A stretch of DNA of 51,350 nucleotides from Octopus bimaculoides (lineage: Eukaryota). Below the pieces are notes generated by a model. The model saw nothing but the letters and a program-made list of their open reading frames with translations. It made no database searches and was not told where the DNA came from. The stretch is taken from positions 15,138,452-15,189,801 of the forward strand of contig NC_068991.1 in NCBI RefSeq assembly GCF_001194135.2, in the 5' to 3' direction. Positions 47,400-51,350 of the stretch are shown in pieces. Numbering within the stretch: position 1 is the first letter of the stretch; each line of letters opens with the position of its first letter. A program made the position numbers and the translations under genes.

Positions 47400-47656
47400 A
47401 TGATAGTCCAGTGATCAGGAAGTGAAAACTGTAGTGAAGAAGTGGCTCAAAGAACAGTCAATAGAATTTTACGGGGCAGGGATACATGCTCTCATTCAAA
47501 GTTGGGGCATTGCTATTGCGAGAAACGGGAGCTATGTTGAGAAGTAGGGATGTGATCCACAGAGGACCGGCTTCATTTTGATGTATGATACATGTTCCTG
47601 TATTGGTAATTATACCTGTCCTAAACAAAATGGCATTACTTTTTGACTCACCCTCG
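47400..47656 (+). mobile_element. mariner 3' end with terminal inverted repeat
   Basis: DQEVKTVVKKWLKEQSIEFYGAGIHALIQSW..NGSYVEK*. End GGCATTACTTTTTGACTCACCCTCG|TA. Confidence 0.85.
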
Positions 47657-48373
47657 TATATATNNNNNNNNNNNNNNNNNNNNNNNNNNNNNNNNNNNNN
47701 NNNNNNNNNNNNNNNNNNNNNNNNNNNNNNNNNNNNNNNNNNNNNNNNNNNNNNNNNNNNNNNNNNNNNNNNNNNNNNNNNNNNNNNNNNNNNNNNNNNN
47801 NNNNNNNNNNNNNNNNNNNNNNNNNNNNNNNNNNNNNNNNNNNNNNNNNNNNNNNNNNNNNNNNNNNNNNNNNNNNNNNNNNNNNNNNNNNNNNNNNNNN
47901 NNNNNNNNNNNNNNNNNNNNNNNNNNNNNNNNNNNNNNNNNNNNNNNNNNNNNNNNNNNNNNNNNNNNNNNNNNNNNNNNNNNNNNNNNNNNNNNNNNNN
48001 NNNNNNNNNNNNNNNNNNNNNNNNNNNNNNNNNNNNNNNNNNNNNNNNNNNNNNNNNNNNNNNNNNNNNNNNNNNNNNNNNNNNNNNNNNNNNNNNNNNN
48101 NNNNNNNNNNNNNNNNNNNNNNNNNNNNNNNNNNNNNNNNNNNNNNNNNNNNNNNNNNNNNNNNNNNNNNNNNNNNNNNNNNNNNNNNNNNNNNNNNNNN
48201 NNNNNNNNNNNNNNNNNNNNNNNNNNNNNNNNNNNNNNNNNNNNNNNNNNNNNNNNNNNNNNNNNNNNNNNNNNNNNNNNNNNNNNNNNNNNNNNNNNNN
48301 NNNNNNNNNNNNNNNNNNNNNNNNNNNNNNNNNNNNNNNNNNNNNNNNNNNNNNNNNNNNNNNNNNNNNNNNN

Positions 48374-48404
<31 letters not shown>

Positions 48405-48682
48405 TAAACGTAATTACTTACACATGGATACATAGATATGTTTATATATATGATATATATGTGTGTGTGTATATATATACAAACATTATGCACACATATA
48501 TACAAGCATATATGTACACACACATATACAGATATACACACATATATGAATGTCTGAATTCTTATATGCGTCTGTATTTATGTACGTGCACACGTACGCA
48601 TATATGCATATATGCATATATGCATGTATACATACATGCTCCAGTTATATATACATATACATGCACACGCACACACACACAC

Positions 48683-48756
<74 letters not shown>

Positions 48757-49163
48757 GAATGTATATGCGTCTTTATCTAGAGGTTTGCTTGCTTATGCGT
48801 TCAGTGTTTTATGCAGATATTCCATAAACAAAAGAAAGCATTCTTAAGAAGACTCGTTTGACAGGTGACAGAAGACAATTGTATATATATATAATATGTT
48901 TGACAGATAACATCTTACGAGTGTCACCTTTTGTTTGTTTTCTTCTTCATTTATGTTCGATGCCTAGAAATGGCTTTGTCTACCACTAACCCACGTCCTT
49001 TCCATTCATTCATTCAGTCAATCGTTCTCTTCTTCTTCTTTTCTTTCATTCGTTTTTCCTTTCCTTTTCATTTTGTTTGGTTCTGTGTCTCTCAAGATCT
49101 CTTAGTCACTCTTTGCCTTTCAGCCTTGCTCTTCCACTGTCTGTCTGTCTGTCTCTGTTTCCT

Positions 49164-49236
<73 letters not shown>

Positions 49237-49330
49237 TTCTTTGTCTCACATTGTTCAAATGATTGAACAATGTGAATGAGTGCTCAACACCGCATTGGTG
49301 GATAAATATTCTTTATTTGTTGGTTAACCA

Positions 49331-49377
49331 GGCTACCGTTGGTTTCATGCCGAGAATTCTCAGCAATTATCAAGCTC
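49331..49377 (-). ncRNA. Decayed hammerhead-like motif (HH-3)
   Basis: Minus strand: GAGC TTGATAA T TGCTGAGA-AT-TCTCGGCA T GAAA CC-AAC-GG TA GCC. The core differs from CTGATGA at two positions. Confidence 0.45.
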
Positions 49378-50339
49378 ACCACATGGAACGTTGGTACTCA
49401 TTTCCATTTTGGGTGATATGTATATATGTATGTATATATACAAATATATGTGTAGACACGTGCGCGCGCAGATACATTTAGACATATATGTTTGCATGCA
49501 TGTGTGCGTATCTGTGAATGTGGCTGTATAAATTGACACGTATTAAAACATACTCTTGTATATACAGACACACGCACATACACATACATGCATACATACG
49601 TTAATGCATATATAAATATGTATAGATATACACACTCATTTCTATACATGCATGCATAAAAACATACATGTGCCTGTGCATGTATTTGTACACACACATA
49701 TACATGCACACTATATATGTGTGCGTATGTGTGTGCGTGCGCGTGTGTATGTCTGTTCAAAGGCGAGTTTTTGTGAGTCACTACATGACGTACCTTGATT
49801 TCGAAACTTAGGTGACAAATGGTGTGCTACACGAGCTTTCTTATGTATACATTAGGCAGAATATGCTAGTATCATGGTGAAAACAGTTTGGCAGGAATTA
49901 TGAATTCCACGTATTAGCAGAAAAGTATAAACGTTTCTATAGAGATTACTGGGAACGTTTTCTTCTTTAAAAATTGCAATGGAAATTTCCCATAATGTCC
50001 CCTGCGGTAAATCTAATAACATACAAAACTGTGAGAATTATGAATATTGAATAAGATCTTTTCCTATTAATTGTGACTGTTAGAGAGCATTTGACACCGA
50101 AGAAGACATGTAAAGCAGAAGCATTAAATAAGTCTAACCTTTAGAGTAAACTGAAGATATCAATAAATTTGATTTGTTTAATACCTGTTTCTGTTATGTA
50201 TGCATTTCACATAGAGTATTTTTTCATGTGCGGGATTTAACCAAGGTTTGTTTCAGATTTGTGTTTGTGTATGTGCGTGTATACTATGCCATGTTTAACT
50301 TGGCTTGGTCGTTTCTGGATACCAATTTACTTGTGAGGG

Positions 50340-50960
50340 AGGAGGGTTGCTTAGTTGTTTTCTCCTGTTTGGAATTTTGACCATATTTTGAAGATAATGT
50401 CACGTCTGCAGCGTAACATCATTTCATTCTTTTTGTTTAGTTGGTATATGTTTTGTGTAAATATGTGGTATGTTCCTGTGGTGCACAGAAAACAGATTCC
50501 GGAACCATTTATGTATAATAGTGCGCAGATCATTCTTATATTTAGGGTTGTTTTCTTTTAACTTCCAGATATATTTAGGCAGGACGTGGCGATTTTTCCT
50601 ATATATTCTGGAATATTTGTATTTGTATGTGTGTGCTTCTGTGTGCATCTGAGTGTATGTGTGTGTTTGTGTGTGACTTGTGTATATCAGTCTTTAAAGG
50701 TTCCACTAGTAGCGATGATGTAGCTTTTTCGGTTCATCTTGTTTTATTGAAGTTTTGTAGTCTATGTTTGCAGGTAGTTTTTTATGTAACGGGCATGTCG
50801 TTGCTTTGGCAAAATTGTATGAGCTTGCAGCTGTCTGTGTTGCGAAATCTTCGGTATGTTGTTGTTTAATGATACTTTTGTGCAGCTGTAGCTAACTTTT
50901 ATATTGCGCCTGGTGAATACTCTGACAATTATACCCTGTTCGTTAATTAGAGCAAGGAAT
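50340..50960 (-). mobile_element. Penelope-like GIY-YIG region relic
   Basis: RVFTRRNIKVSYSCT, TCPLHKK..NIDYK, PKYIWKLKENN and YINGSGICFLCTT..LNKKNEMMLRCRR. Confidence 0.75.
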
Positions 50961-51279
50961 TTTTGTACTATATTTGTTGCTACGTTAAGGCTGAGAGGGA
51001 TATTAAGCTAAAATGATATTTCTTTCTCTTGTTTTTGGTTTAATGTTCATTTGTGGCCTCTCAACTATATATAACACAATACGTGGAAACAAGTTACACA
51101 GTTTCACGGTGTATGTGGCTTATTTAAGATGCTTGAAAATCCAAATGCTTGTCATTGACAAGAAGTAAAAAAAAACTATAATGAATATTAGACTCTTCGC
51201 AAATTCAGTCATTATACGTTGTTAATATGCATATAAAACACATCTGTTTATCGATATATGAACGCATAGTTGCATTTAC

Positions 51280-51282
51280 ACA

Positions 51283-51350
<68 letters not shown>
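51280..51350. repeat. (CA)n microsatellite; other long (TA)n, (CT)n and (GT)n tracts at about 8707, 19584, 34210, 42870, 48686 and 49165
   Basis: Directly visible. Confidence 0.95.

Noticed and set aside
5046-48541. Long ORFs of 130-390 aa in the track (e.g. 5046-5783, 12735-13916, 36720-37559, 47585-48403)
   Set aside because: They are open only because they run through N-gaps and microsatellites.
1-51350. CRISPR array or prokaryotic operon
   Set aside because: No regular repeat-spacer structure or gene-dense coding. The DNA is eukaryotic and repeat-rich.

Overview
AT-rich, microsatellite- and gap-rich animal genomic DNA. The SINE, LINE and PLE repertoire resembles an octopod cephalopod (Octopus-like); this is inferred from repeat style, not proven. 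I recognise no intact host protein-coding gene, tRNA, rRNA or CRISPR array, so the window looks intergenic or intronic. Most long ORFs in the track are artefacts of N-gaps, microsatellites or low complexity. The readable content is layered transposon debris: at least five tRNA-type SINE families (working names A, B, C, D, F), relics of Penelope-like elements (RT and GIY-YIG), RLE-type (R4/Dong-like), RTE and CR1/L2-group LINEs, mariner (DD34D), maT (DD37D), Tc1 and hAT, plus several long inverted-repeat or foldback elements. The most interesting signals are: (1) several families of minimal type-I hammerhead ribozyme motifs in pseudo-LTR-like repeats, two with intact cores in a back-to-back pair at 11.5-12.4 kb; (2) a histone H3 C-terminal fragment with a decayed stem-loop inside a LINE relic; (3) a (CCCTAA)n-(TTAGGG)n palindrome inside an element inserted into a PLE; (4) two SINE subtypes inserted at one target site; (5) a TATA-Inr-ATG-donor candidate first exon near 22.7 kb. 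All coordinates and alignments were done by eye, and repeat boundaries are approximate.
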